Below, piece after piece: positions 7,078 through 15,163 of a stretch of 15,163 bases of DNA. The translations under genes and the position numbers were made by a program. The stretch is from assembly GCA_965195285.1 (NCBI GenBank), contig CBDAFS010000025.1, forward strand, positions 1-15,163. Reading direction: 5' to 3'. Positions within the stretch are counted from its first letter, which is position 1. Each line of letters opens with the position of its first letter. A model generated the notes under the pieces. The model did no database searches and was not told the DNA's origin. It worked only from the letters and a program-made list of their open reading frames with translations. Origin of the DNA: an uncultured Aminicenantes bacterium (lineage in GTDB: Bacteria; Acidobacteriota; Aminicenantia; UBA2199).

Positions 7078-7362
7078 ATGATTGTTCGAATCGTACTCAT
7101 GAACTTTCAGGAAGATAAAATTGAAGCTGTGAAGGAATTCCTGGATGAGGTCCGGGTCAAGATCATAAAAGTTCCCGGCTGTGAACATCTGGATATTCTC
7201 CAGGATGTTGCCCGGCAAAATATTTTTTTCTCCTACAGTTATTGGCGATCAGAACAGGATTTGGAGAATTACCGAAATTCCGATTTTTTCAAAAAAACCT
7301 GGGCCCGGGCCAAAGAGTGGTTTGTAGATAAACCCAGGGCCTGGTCTTTGAACCGTCACTGA
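7078..7362 (+). CDS. Antibiotic biosynthesis monooxygenase (ABM) domain protein
   Basis: 94 aa from ATG 7078 with SD GGAGG. The MIVRIV...PGC..L..LQD...FFSYSYW.SE.DLENYRNS..F...W pattern fits the dimeric alpha+beta barrel ABM family. Confidence 0.82.
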   Translation: MIVRIVLMNFQEDKIEAVKEFLDEVRVKIIKVPGCEHLDILQDVARQNIFFSYSYWRSEQDLENYRNSDFFKKTWARAKEWFVDKPRAWSLNRH

Positions 7363-7371
7363 TCGGTTGGA

Positions 7372-10140
7372 TTAGGGTGCCTTGGGGTTGTCAACCAGCA
7401 GTTCATTCAGTTTTTCAATTAATTTTTCCAGGGTAAAGGGTTTTTGAATAAATCCGGCCAGGCCTTTTCCCACAAAAAAACTGGTGGCATCCTGCTCGTT
7501 GTAGCCGCTGATCAATATCACTTTCGCATCCGGATTCATCTGCCGAAGTTGCTTGAAGACCTCATCCCCGTTCATTTCCGGCATGGTTGTGTCCAGTAAA
7601 ACCAGGAATATGCTGTCCCCGTGTTCGCGGTATATTTCGATTCCCTCCCTGCCGTTGGCCGCTTCAATAACCTTCATATCATGGCTCTTTAGCATGTCCC
7701 TAATCACTTCCCGGACAGTTTGTTCATCATCCACCACCAGTACCGTCTTGCCGCCCAGCTCGGCCTGTTTGGTGGTTTCAAGGGGGATCTTTTTCGGTTT
7801 TATCGTCTTTTCCGCGGGAAACAATACCTTGATGGTGGTTCCCTGGCCGAGTTCGCTGTACACTTTAATGGCCCCCTTGTGACCGCGTACGATTCCCAGC
7901 ACTGCGGCCATGCCCAGCCCGTGGCCCTTGAATTTGGTAGTGAAGAAAGGATCGAATATTTTTTCCTGAGTGGCCTTGTCCATACCAATGCCATTATCCG
8001 AGATTTCAAGGAATACATACTCGCCTTCCGGTATATTATCGCTAAAAAAGGTTTCAATCAGATATGTGTCGTCCACTGTCATAATATTGGTCCGGACCGA
8101 AATAACACCGACTTTGTCTTCGATGGCTTCAGAGGCGTTAACGATCAGGTTCATGATCACCTGGCTGATCTGGGATACATCGGCCTCGATATCCGGCAGG
8201 TCCTGGCTGAAATCATAGCGTATGCTCACGTTTTTTGAAATTGACACCTTGAGCAGCTGGGTCATCTCCTCGACCAGTTCCGACAGGTTCACCGGCTGGA
8301 TCACAAATTTACCCTTCCCCGAGTAGGCTAACATCTGATTGGTGAGCTTGGCGGCCTGGTGGGATGATTTTTCGATTTTTTCAACATATTGTTTGGCTTC
8401 GATGGGGTTGTCCAGGCTCTTCAGGGTGAGGCTGGCATTGCCCAGGATACCCATCAGTAAATTATTGAAGTCATGGGCGATGCCCCCGGCCAGCACCCCA
8501 AGGCTCTCCAATTTCTGGCTGTGCTGGATCTGGGCATGAAGCCTCTGGCGTTCTTCCTCCAGTCGCCGGCGGTCGGTGATTTCCCTATCGATTCCCCGGT
8601 AACCCAGCAGATTGCCCTTCCCATCAAAAAACGGGAGTCCGTTGGTATCCAGTATAACGGTGTGGCCGTCCTTGTGGATGTTCTTGTTTTCCAGTCCGAT
8701 GATAGGGAGGCGATCTGCCACCTTCCGGTTGAATAGTTTTTCCACCCGGGCGGTTTCGTTCCGGGCTATCAATTCAAGTTTGTTCTTTCCCAGCATCTCC
8801 TCGGGCCGAAAACCGAGCAGGTCCATGCATTTCGGACTGACATAGGTGTACACCCCGTTTTGATCCACTTCCCAGATGAAGTCATGGGTGGTTTCCACCA
8901 GGGAACGGAAGCGCTCTTCGCTCTCCTTCAATCCCCGGGAGGCCCGCTCCTTATCGGTCCTGAGTAGTCTCATTCGATCGGCCAGGGCCAGTGATATCAA
9001 TAACATGAACAAGATAATTCCCAGGGAGAAACCGTGATCGAAGTGGGGATTGCTGCGTATCATTCCCAGCCTGACCAGCAGATGGTTGATGCCGCTGATA
9101 CCGATGGCGGCAATCCCGATTAAATAGTAACGGGCCGGGTGAAATCCCTTTACCATGGAATTGATGCCGATAAGCAGCAGCAATACGGCCCCCAGGATTC
9201 CCCAGATAACCATGGAGCGGACGATAAGCCGGTAGTTGAGGATAGGAATCAGCACTACCAGCAACATCATTCCAATCAGGTGGATGTTGGCGAATTTGTG
9301 GGCCAGGGGCATCTTTTTTTTGGCCATTAAAAAGTAGTCGGTGAATTTGATGATGGACATGGCCATCAGACTGCCAAAAAAGGGCAGAGCCATCTGGTTC
9401 CACGAGGTGAGCTTGGGCCAGAGATAGGCAAAGGTGATGCCATTGGCGGTCAAAGAGAAAAAAAGACAGGCGGCAATTGCCAGGATATAATATAGATAGC
9501 TCCTGTCTCTCAGCAAAAAAAACAGAAAAGCATGAAACCCGATCATGATCAGCAGAATACCGGTGAATGCCCCGAGCAGGATATGGCTGGATTGGCTTCG
9601 CTTCATAAACCGGGTCATGGACCACAGGATCAGGGGGATAGTCATGGATTCATCGTTTTGAAAACGCAAGTATACGGTCTGGAGGGTGTTTTTGGGCAGG
9701 GGGAGAAGAAAAACCATGTGATGGTATGGATAATCACGGGTTTCTACCGGCAGCAGGGTGCCGGTTTTTTTGGCTCTCATCAGCTGACCCGATTCAGTCA
9801 GATGGTAAAGATCGGCATAATGCATGTTGGGATAGTCCAGTTCCAGGGTCCAGGGCGAGCGGGTGCTGGCCCGGTTTAATACCCTGAAGCGTACCCAGAT
9901 AGCCGAGCGGGTAAATCCCAGGTTGGGCACCCGTTCCCGGTTGGGTTTGAACCGTAAACTGTATTCCGGTGAGGTGACCTGCTCCAAAGTCAATTCTGCC
10001 CCGGGATCCTCCAATATCTCCAGGTACAATCCCAGCGGGTATTTTTGCTGGTTATCTTTCAGGGTCAGAATTTTCTGGCTCCTTAATAACCCACTGAATA
10101 TCAATATGAAAGAAAATAGATAGACTTTAATTCTGAACAT
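7372..10140 (-). CDS. Hybrid sensor histidine kinase: 7TMR-DISM extracellular domain, 7TM, PAS, HisKA, HATPase_c, receiver
   Basis: NLGFTRSAIWVRF in the extracellular domain, seven hydrophobic segments ending in LSLALADR-like ISLALADR, PAS (FIWEVD...YTYVSP...LLGF...GYRGIDREIT), H-box GGIAHDFNNLL, N-box NLIVNA, DNGIGM, FFTTK, GLGM, and receiver LVVDDE...LLDTTMP...FIQKPF. The start may be ATG 10140 or GTG 10155. TTG 10161 overlaps the -10 box. Confidence 0.95.
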   Translation of the reverse strand: MFRIKVYLFSFILIFSGLLRSQKILTLKDNQQKYPLGLYLEILEDPGAELTLEQVTSPEYSLRFKPNRERVPNLGFTRSAIWVRFRVLNRASTRSPWTLELDYPNMHYADLYHLTESGQLMRAKKTGTLLPVETRDYPYHHMVFLLPLPKNTLQTVYLRFQNDESMTIPLILWSMTRFMKRSQSSHILLGAFTGILLIMIGFHAFLFFLLRDRSYLYYILAIAACLFFSLTANGITFAYLWPKLTSWNQMALPFFGSLMAMSIIKFTDYFLMAKKKMPLAHKFANIHLIGMMLLVVLIPILNYRLIVRSMVIWGILGAVLLLLIGINSMVKGFHPARYYLIGIAAIGISGINHLLVRLGMIRSNPHFDHGFSLGIILFMLLISLALADRMRLLRTDKERASRGLKESEERFRSLVETTHDFIWEVDQNGVYTYVSPKCMDLLGFRPEEMLGKNKLELIARNETARVEKLFNRKVADRLPIIGLENKNIHKDGHTVILDTNGLPFFDGKGNLLGYRGIDREITDRRRLEEERQRLHAQIQHSQKLESLGVLAGGIAHDFNNLLMGILGNASLTLKSLDNPIEAKQYVEKIEKSSHQAAKLTNQMLAYSGKGKFVIQPVNLSELVEEMTQLLKVSISKNVSIRYDFSQDLPDIEADVSQISQVIMNLIVNASEAIEDKVGVISVRTNIMTVDDTYLIETFFSDNIPEGEYVFLEISDNGIGMDKATQEKIFDPFFTTKFKGHGLGMAAVLGIVRGHKGAIKVYSELGQGTTIKVLFPAEKTIKPKKIPLETTKQAELGGKTVLVVDDEQTVREVIRDMLKSHDMKVIEAANGREGIEIYREHGDSIFLVLLDTTMPEMNGDEVFKQLRQMNPDAKVILISGYNEQDATSFFVGKGLAGFIQKPFTLEKLIEKLNELLVDNPKAP

Positions 10141-10160
10141 TTTTACTATACTCACACCCA

Positions 10161-10190
10161 ATTATAGCATTATAAAAAGTAATATTTCAA
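10161..10190 (-). promoter_or_regulatory. Sigma70 promoter of the hybrid kinase
   Basis: Minus strand TTGAAA (10190-10185), 18 bp spacer, TATAAT (10166-10161), with an extended -10 TG. Confidence 0.65.
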
Positions 10191-10213
10191 CTGGAAGGCA
10201 ATTAATGCGGTTT

Positions 10214-11251
10214 TTATTTTTCCGGTTCTTCTTCCTCTTTTTTATCCCTTTTCTTCAGGTCCTTGATCAATTGCTTGACACTGCTGATCGATTCACTGAT
10301 CAATTTTTTCTGGTGTTTCGATAACTTTTTGCTTTCCAGGACATGCTTTTCGATTTCCTGTTGAATATCGTCCAGAGAGGGAATGTTTTTAAAGTCCATT
10401 GCTTCAACCTGCTTGAGTTCGATAATGAGTTTTTCTTTTTCTTTGTCCAGTTTTTTGAGCAATTCGTCATAATGGAAATTTTCAAACTTGAATCCGGATA
10501 GTTTGATTTTAAACTGGCTCAGAAGGTTCTTTTTTCTGATGGCCAGGCCTTTTTCATCGGTTTTTATTTTCCCCTCTTCAATCACGTAGTGTCCCTTTTT
10601 CAGCTGATCGCAAACATAAACGTACAGTTTTTTTTCCTTTTCCTTTGAGGAGTCGCGGGCGCTCAACAGGATGGCCCCGATTTTAAGGGCCTCGGTGATG
10701 AATGGTTTGACCCCTTCAGATACCAGTTTTTCCTGGTTACCAAAATTTTCATGTATCTCTTTGATTTTTTCTGGTTCACGGGGCAGGTCCATTTTGAATT
10801 CGTAATCGGTCTCGGCATATCCGAAATCCTTGAATTTCATCTTGACCAGTTCCTCTTTTTGCCGGGGCTGGCTGGAGGGGGAGTATAAATGCGAGTGTTC
10901 GTAGACGGCCTGGGGGGTGGTGCCCAGTGAAAAATATAGTTTGGAGTCGGTGATGACCTTGCCGTTGTCCAGAACGGTGATCTTACCCGGCCGGTTCCAG
11001 TCGGTGATGCCGGCCATGATTCCGAATGACAGGGATAAGAAGAAAACGATGGCAATGGCCGCGGTCCATGGATGGCTCTCGGATACGATCTCCTTTTGCT
11101 TGAAGGCGTCCCGGGTTTTTTTCCGGCTTCTCATGAACAATATACTGAGTGTGATGATGGCCAGTATGGCAATGATATAGCATACCACCTTAAAAAGGGG
11201 GTGTTGAAGAATGGGCCCCACAAATGACGTAATGGCTGAAACCGTGCTCAT
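10214..11251 (-). CDS. Membrane protein with two N-terminal TM helices, a divergent SPFH/Band-7-like domain and a C-terminal coiled coil
   Basis: Two hydrophobic helices (about aa 19-39 and 62-82). The segment VKMKFKDFGYA...LPREPEKIKEIHENFGNQEKLV...VKP...DQLKKGHY...FKIKLSGFKFENFHYD resembles divergent SPFH domains as recalled. Lys/Glu-rich helical tail. SD GAGGAG. The CDS is secure, the SPFH call is tentative. Confidence 0.6.
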   Translation of the reverse strand: MSTVSAITSFVGPILQHPLFKVVCYIIAILAIITLSILFMRSRKKTRDAFKQKEIVSESHPWTAAIAIVFFLSLSFGIMAGITDWNRPGKITVLDNGKVITDSKLYFSLGTTPQAVYEHSHLYSPSSQPRQKEELVKMKFKDFGYAETDYEFKMDLPREPEKIKEIHENFGNQEKLVSEGVKPFITEALKIGAILLSARDSSKEKEKKLYVYVCDQLKKGHYVIEEGKIKTDEKGLAIRKKNLLSQFKIKLSGFKFENFHYDELLKKLDKEKEKLIIELKQVEAMDFKNIPSLDDIQQEIEKHVLESKKLSKHQKKLISESISSVKQLIKDLKKRDKKEEEEPEK

Positions 11252-11304
11252 GGTTGTTCTCCTCTTTTCTCCTGTTGACGGAAAAAACGTCTTTTCCGAT
11301 TCAC

Positions 11305-11333
11305 ATTATAGCGGTTTTGTTTTGAATATTCAA
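11305..11333 (-). promoter_or_regulatory. Sigma70 promoter of the SPFH-like gene
   Basis: Minus strand TTGAAT (11333-11328), 17 bp spacer, TATAAT (11310-11305). A short hairpin at 11279-11298 lies in the predicted 5' UTR. Confidence 0.7.
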
Positions 11334-11349
11334 TACAGTCATATCCTGT

Positions 11350-11432
11350 AAATGGGAGAATGAGTGAATGCGGAAAACCAGTCAACAAATTTTTGGTGAT
11401 TTTCTCATCTACCCATTAACCCATCAACTCAT
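11350..11432. repeat. Two arrays of imperfect 8-bp repeats in inverted orientation
   Basis: Left array ATGGGAGA ATGAGTGA ATGCGGAA. Right array read on the minus strand ATGAGTTG ATGGGTTA ATGGGTAG ATGAGAAA. Confidence 0.55.
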
Positions 11433-11588
11433 ATATCCCAAAGGGACAGACCTTGACATTAAATATTTTTCGCCATGTCGGACAGTCCTGGCGGTCGGCT
11501 ACCGGTAGCGTACTTCTTCTTGATTTTACATTCTCCTTGGGATTGAAATTTATTTGGAAAGCGATTAAGATAAAAGACAGAGGTGAAG

Positions 11589-12284
11589 ATGAAAACCATT
11601 GGATTGTTGGGGGGGATGACTGCCGAATCATCGGCCGAGTACTACCGGATCATCAATCAGGTTGCACGGGAAAAGTTAGGCGGTATTCACTCGGCCCGGA
11701 GCGTGATGTTTTCGCTGGACTTTGAAGAAATCGACCTGTTGATGGAAGCCGGAAAATGGGATGAGATCCGGGATATTCTGATTGAAGCGGCCCGGTCAGT
11801 TGAGCGGGCCGGGGCTGATTTCCTGGTCATCTGCACCAACACCATGCACAAGCTGGCCCCGGAGATCCAGGCCCGCATCGGCATCCCGATTTTGAATATC
11901 ATTGATGCAACCGCGAAACAGATAAAAAAAAGGGAGTTTCAAACCATCGGGCTGGTGGGCACCCGATTTACCATGGAGGAGGACTTCTATTGCAACCGTT
12001 TGCAGCAAAAACACGGATTGAAGGTATTGATTCCTTCACAAGAAGATGTCCTGACCGTTCACCGCATCATCGTAGAGGAATTAGCCATCGGAGAGATCCG
12101 GGAAACCTCAAAACAAACCTACTGGGAAATCATGGGCCGGCTGGCCGATCAGGGAGCCGAAGGCATTATCCTGGGCTGCACCGAGATTCCCCTGCTGGTC
12201 AAGCAAGAGGAAGGCAATATCCCTCTGTTTGATACCACCGCCATCCATGCCCGGGCCGCTGTGGATTATGCGCTTGATTATTAA
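11589..12284 (+). CDS. Aspartate/glutamate racemase family protein (YgeA/RacX-like, PLP-independent)
   Basis: MKTIGLLGGM, YYRIIN, LGGIHSA, ICTNTMH, LVGTRFTME, ILGCTEIPLL, FDTT. GAGGTG lies just upstream of ATG 11589. Confidence 0.93.
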   Translation: MKTIGLLGGMTAESSAEYYRIINQVAREKLGGIHSARSVMFSLDFEEIDLLMEAGKWDEIRDILIEAARSVERAGADFLVICTNTMHKLAPEIQARIGIPILNIIDATAKQIKKREFQTIGLVGTRFTMEEDFYCNRLQQKHGLKVLIPSQEDVLTVHRIIVEELAIGEIRETSKQTYWEIMGRLADQGAEGIILGCTEIPLLVKQEEGNIPLFDTTAIHARAAVDYALDY

Positions 12285-13651
12285 TCATATGTTTGAATTT
12301 TCTTATCCGGATTCATCGGGCCGGTGATTTTTAGCACATGTTTAAAGAGGAAAATCAGGGCGGTCACATTGATAATGACGATGGATGCATTCAGGATATC
12401 GGCTGAGCTCCACACCAATTCCGGTTCAAGAAAACCAAAGGCGATCACCACACAGAAGACCCAGCGAAAAACTTTTCTCATAGAAGTTCCCCAGATATAG
12501 ACAAAACACTGTTCACCGTAGAAGCACCAGGCAATCAGGGTGGAGTAGCCAAAGAGAAAGGAAGCGGCAAACACAAAATATATTCCACTTCTTCCAAAGG
12601 CCTGGGCAAAGGCAGCTGTGGTCAGGGCGGTGCTGGTTTCGCCTGTACTCCATACTCCGGTGATCAGGATAATGAAGGCGGTCAGGGTACCGACCAGGGT
12701 ATCAATGAATACCCCGAACATGCCGATCAGACTCTGTTTAACCGGCTGGTCGGTTCTGGCAGTGCTGAACATGATGGCTGAGCTGCCGGTACCGGCCTCG
12801 TTACTGTAAAATCCCCGGGCCACGCCGTAACGCATGGCCAATAACACAGAAGAGCCGGAAAACCCGCCGACAGCACCGGCCGGGGTAAAGGCCTTTTTGA
12901 CAATAAGCCGGAGCATAGGCGCGAACTCCTGGTGAAAGTGAATGATAATTATGGCGCCCAGGATTAAATACATGAGAACCATTAACGGGGTGATCTTTTC
13001 CAAAGTCCGGGCAATGGATTTTAATCCGCCGATGACAACCAGCCAGGTTAGAACAGCCAGTATTAAACTAAAGGGTAACAAGGATGGTATCCAGCCGGGC
13101 ATGCCGGACAGGTTGAATGCCTTTCCGGCTGCCAGGGCAATGGAGTTGGATTGAATGGTTGAGGTGGCCAGGAGGGTTTTCAATCCCATGGCCAGGGCAA
13201 AAAGCACGGCCAGCCAGCGGATTTTCAGCAGTTTTTCAATATAAAACATGGGCCCGCCGGAAAATGTACCGTCAGTTGCCCTGATGCGGTTGGAAATGGC
13301 CAGCAGGGTCTCCGCGTATACAATGACCATGGCAATGAAAGAGGAAATCCAAAGCCAGAAAACCGCTCCGGGGCCGCCTATGGCAATGGCGGTGGCCACA
13401 CCGGCAATATTCCCGTTGCCGATCATGCCTCCAAGGGCTGAGAAAAGGGATTGGAGAGGGGTCATGTTGCCCGGCCCCTGGGCCCGGCGGTAGCTGACGG
13501 TCAGTTTGGCTGCAGTGAAAAAACGGGTGAATTGCAGTCCCTTCAACCGGATGGTAAACATCATCCCCACTATGGTCAAAAAAGTGAGCATGGGGTAAGA
13601 CCACAGGCTGGTTGCCGTGTCCCTGATTACCCGGTTGATTAACTCAAGCAA
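12281..13651 (-). CDS. Alanine/glycine:cation symporter (AGCS family)
   Basis: GNIAGVATAIAIGGPGAVFW, GGPMFYI, IQSN, GVARGFYSNEAGTGS, GVFIDT, WCFYGE, and many TM helices. TTG start lies 3 bp after the upstream stop. Confidence 0.94.
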   Translation of the reverse strand: MLELINRVIRDTATSLWSYPMLTFLTIVGMMFTIRLKGLQFTRFFTAAKLTVSYRRAQGPGNMTPLQSLFSALGGMIGNGNIAGVATAIAIGGPGAVFWLWISSFIAMVIVYAETLLAISNRIRATDGTFSGGPMFYIEKLLKIRWLAVLFALAMGLKTLLATSTIQSNSIALAAGKAFNLSGMPGWIPSLLPFSLILAVLTWLVVIGGLKSIARTLEKITPLMVLMYLILGAIIIIHFHQEFAPMLRLIVKKAFTPAGAVGGFSGSSVLLAMRYGVARGFYSNEAGTGSSAIMFSTARTDQPVKQSLIGMFGVFIDTLVGTLTAFIILITGVWSTGETSTALTTAAFAQAFGRSGIYFVFAASFLFGYSTLIAWCFYGEQCFVYIWGTSMRKVFRWVFCVVIAFGFLEPELVWSSADILNASIVIINVTALIFLFKHVLKITGPMNPDKKIQTYD

Positions 13652-13654
13652 GGC

Positions 13655-14539
13655 CTATTTCCGGGTAAGTTCGTCGTAGATCCAGCCGATGTTGTTCTTG
13701 CGGGTCATGAAGTTGCCTTTTTCCTTCAGGTGTTTGTAGGCCGTGACATCCACGGTTTCCATAGCCTTATCCCGGGTTGTTCCGGCATCAATGGCTTTTT
13801 TCACCTCTTGCCTCAGGTATTCCAGGTAGTCGGCAAATTTTGAAAATTCCTTCATGTCGGTGACCGGACCGTGTCCGGGAATCACTGTAAAATCCGGGTA
13901 AGTCATGGTTAGCACTCGAATGATTTTTATCCAGTTACCGGTATCGGATCCATTTTTTACATCAATATAGGGCGCAATGCCGTTGAAGAACAGGTCTCCG
14001 GTGTGCACCACTCTGGCCTTGGTAAAAACTACCACAATGTCTCCGTTGGTATGGCCGGGTCCGAAATGGATGAGCCTGATGGTCTCCTTTCCCCATTTAA
14101 TTTCTTTTTGGGTTTTGAAGGTTTCCGAGGGAATACCGATATTGGCCGGGGATTCTTCGGGCTTCAGGCCGGCCATCATGGACTGGCGGCAGTTTTCGTG
14201 GGCCAGGATCAAGGCCTGTTTTCCCAGCACCGGGTTGCCTCCGGTGTGGTCCCGGTGATAGTGGGTGTTGATCAGCATCTTGACCGGAAAGGGGCTGAAC
14301 CCGTACAGTGTTTCGGACACATCATCGGCCAGGCGGGCATGGCCGGCATCAATGAGCAATAATTTCCTGTCAGCCTGAAGAACGGCAATATTACCGCCGG
14401 CATTGGAAATGCAGTGCAGATTTTCGGTAACTTTCTGGACCTTTAATTCGACTTTTTCCCGGGCCTGGATTGATGCATTTCCCGGCGTCAGGATCATGCA
14501 CAGAACAATGGTTATTAAAAAATATGTGTATGTTTTCAT
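13655..14539 (-). CDS. Exported metallo-beta-lactamase-fold hydrolase
   Basis: N-terminal signal peptide, LLIDAG, THYHRDHTGGN (HxHxDH), GHTNGD, TGDL, IPGHG. Confidence 0.92.
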   Translation of the reverse strand: MKTYTYFLITIVLCMILTPGNASIQAREKVELKVQKVTENLHCISNAGGNIAVLQADRKLLLIDAGHARLADDVSETLYGFSPFPVKMLINTHYHRDHTGGNPVLGKQALILAHENCRQSMMAGLKPEESPANIGIPSETFKTQKEIKWGKETIRLIHFGPGHTNGDIVVVFTKARVVHTGDLFFNGIAPYIDVKNGSDTGNWIKIIRVLTMTYPDFTVIPGHGPVTDMKEFSKFADYLEYLRQEVKKAIDAGTTRDKAMETVDVTAYKHLKEKGNFMTRKNNIGWIYDELTRK

Positions 14540-14616
14540 GTTATATTAATAACCGTACCCCCAATAAAAATCAACTGAATTTCACCCAATTCGTTAATTG
14601 AACTGAATATCAATAT

Positions 14617-14645
14617 TTGATTTTAGGAAATTCTTTTTGTAAGAT
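14617..14645 (+). promoter_or_regulatory. Candidate sigma70 promoter of the last gene
   Basis: TTGATT (14617-14622), 17 bp spacer, TAAGAT (14640-14645). Confidence 0.5.
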
Positions 14646-14696
14646 TTAAACCAAGCGATGGGAAATTATTACATTCATTTAACAGGAGGTTGGTTC

Positions 14697-15163
14697 ATGA
14701 AAAGAGTAATGGTTATTGTTTTTTTGGTTTTGTTTTTTATTAGTACTTTTTTACTCATGGCCGGACGTTTTCCTCACCGGGGAACCGGAGTCTCTATCTG
14801 GTTTCCAAATCACTGGGAAGTACGCCAGGTCGGAGAAGCCTATTACGGGATTTCCCCCGACGGTCAGGCAGTGGTGCAGTATATCCGGTTGGAAGCCCAC
14901 AACATGAAACAGGCTCGAAAAACCTTTCGGCCGTCTCTGGAACCCCAAATTCAAGACTTCCGGATTACCCGGGAGGGGCCTCGGTTTACCCGCAACAACC
15001 TTTTTTTCAAGACTATTTACGGAGAAGCCCGTCATAAGCGGGCAAACTGGGTCGTTACTGTTTTGCTGGTTCAAACGCCCCGGGCCATGGGCATGTTACT
15101 GCTGAGACGCATGGAAAGGGCCGGGAGCTACAAGGTGCCCTTCACCAATATTATGGAAAGCCT
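14697..15163 (+). CDS. Exported hypothetical protein, possibly PsbP/DcrB-like fold (runs off the right edge)
   Basis: SD AGGAGG, ATG 14697, frame open to the edge: MKRVMVIVFLVLFFISTFLLMA-GRFPHRGTGVSIWFPNHWEVRQ...SPDGQAVVQY...FTNIMES. The signal peptide is clear. The fold is guessed only from the GxSIxxPxxW start and the F..I..S end. Missed by the ORF track. Confidence 0.8.
   Translation, partial: MKRVMVIVFLVLFFISTFLLMAGRFPHRGTGVSIWFPNHWEVRQVGEAYYGISPDGQAVVQYIRLEAHNMKQARKTFRPSLEPQIQDFRITREGPRFTRNNLFFKTIYGEARHKRANWVVTVLLVQTPRAMGMLLLRRMERAGSYKVPFTNIMES

Noticed and set aside
11416-11725. ORFs 11416-11631 (-) and 11453-11725 (+), TTGACA at 11453, and small palindromes at 11471-11509
   Set aside because: The ORFs overlap the racemase start and lack motifs. 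TTGACA has no -10 box at 17 bp. The hairpins match no riboswitch or ncRNA that I recognise.
2116-14362. Numerous short ORF-track entries overlapping the long genes (e.g. 5922-6626 -, 7720-8238 +, 8951-9625 -)
   Set aside because: They are antisense or alternate-frame shadows of well-supported CDSs, with no recognisable motifs.
13655-14539. Beta-lactam resistance gene
   Set aside because: It has TGDL with Asp where B1/B2 enzymes have Cys, and looks like a generic MBL-fold hydrolase. Nothing supports beta-lactamase activity.
14716-15074. ORF-track entries 14716-14907 (+) and 14751-15074 (-)
   Set aside because: Superseded by the SD-led, signal-peptide-bearing frame starting at 14697.

Overview
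A 15.2 kb gene-dense bacterial chromosomal window with no rRNA, tRNA, CRISPR array, integrase or transposase. In order it contains: the 5' part of a Hanks-type Ser/Thr kinase (-, missed by the ORF track), preceded by a 40-codon duplicate of its own N-terminus; an AAA_14/DUF4143-type ATPase (+); a two-gene unit (-) of a membrane-anchored Amidase_3 peptidoglycan amidase and a MamK-like actin; a divergent DUF4388-like/J-domain/TPR protein, a lipoprotein and an ABM-domain protein (+); a 7TM-DISM/PAS hybrid histidine kinase and a divergent SPFH-like membrane protein (-); an Asp/Glu-family racemase (+); an exported MBL-fold hydrolase and an AGCS amino acid symporter (-); and the 5' part of an exported protein (+, missed by the ORF track). 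The most notable feature is a MamK-type actin with no magnetosome gene in the window, apparently co-transcribed with a cell-wall amidase. This is a candidate cytoskeleton-guided peptidoglycan-remodelling module. Smaller observations are a GTAG-type REP-like palindrome lying in frame inside the kinase, two upstream mini-ORFs coupled to the next gene by ATGA overlaps, a probable leaderless mRNA, and short tandem repeats in spacers. All family calls come from motif recognition by eye and from recalled reference sequences. No database search was run.
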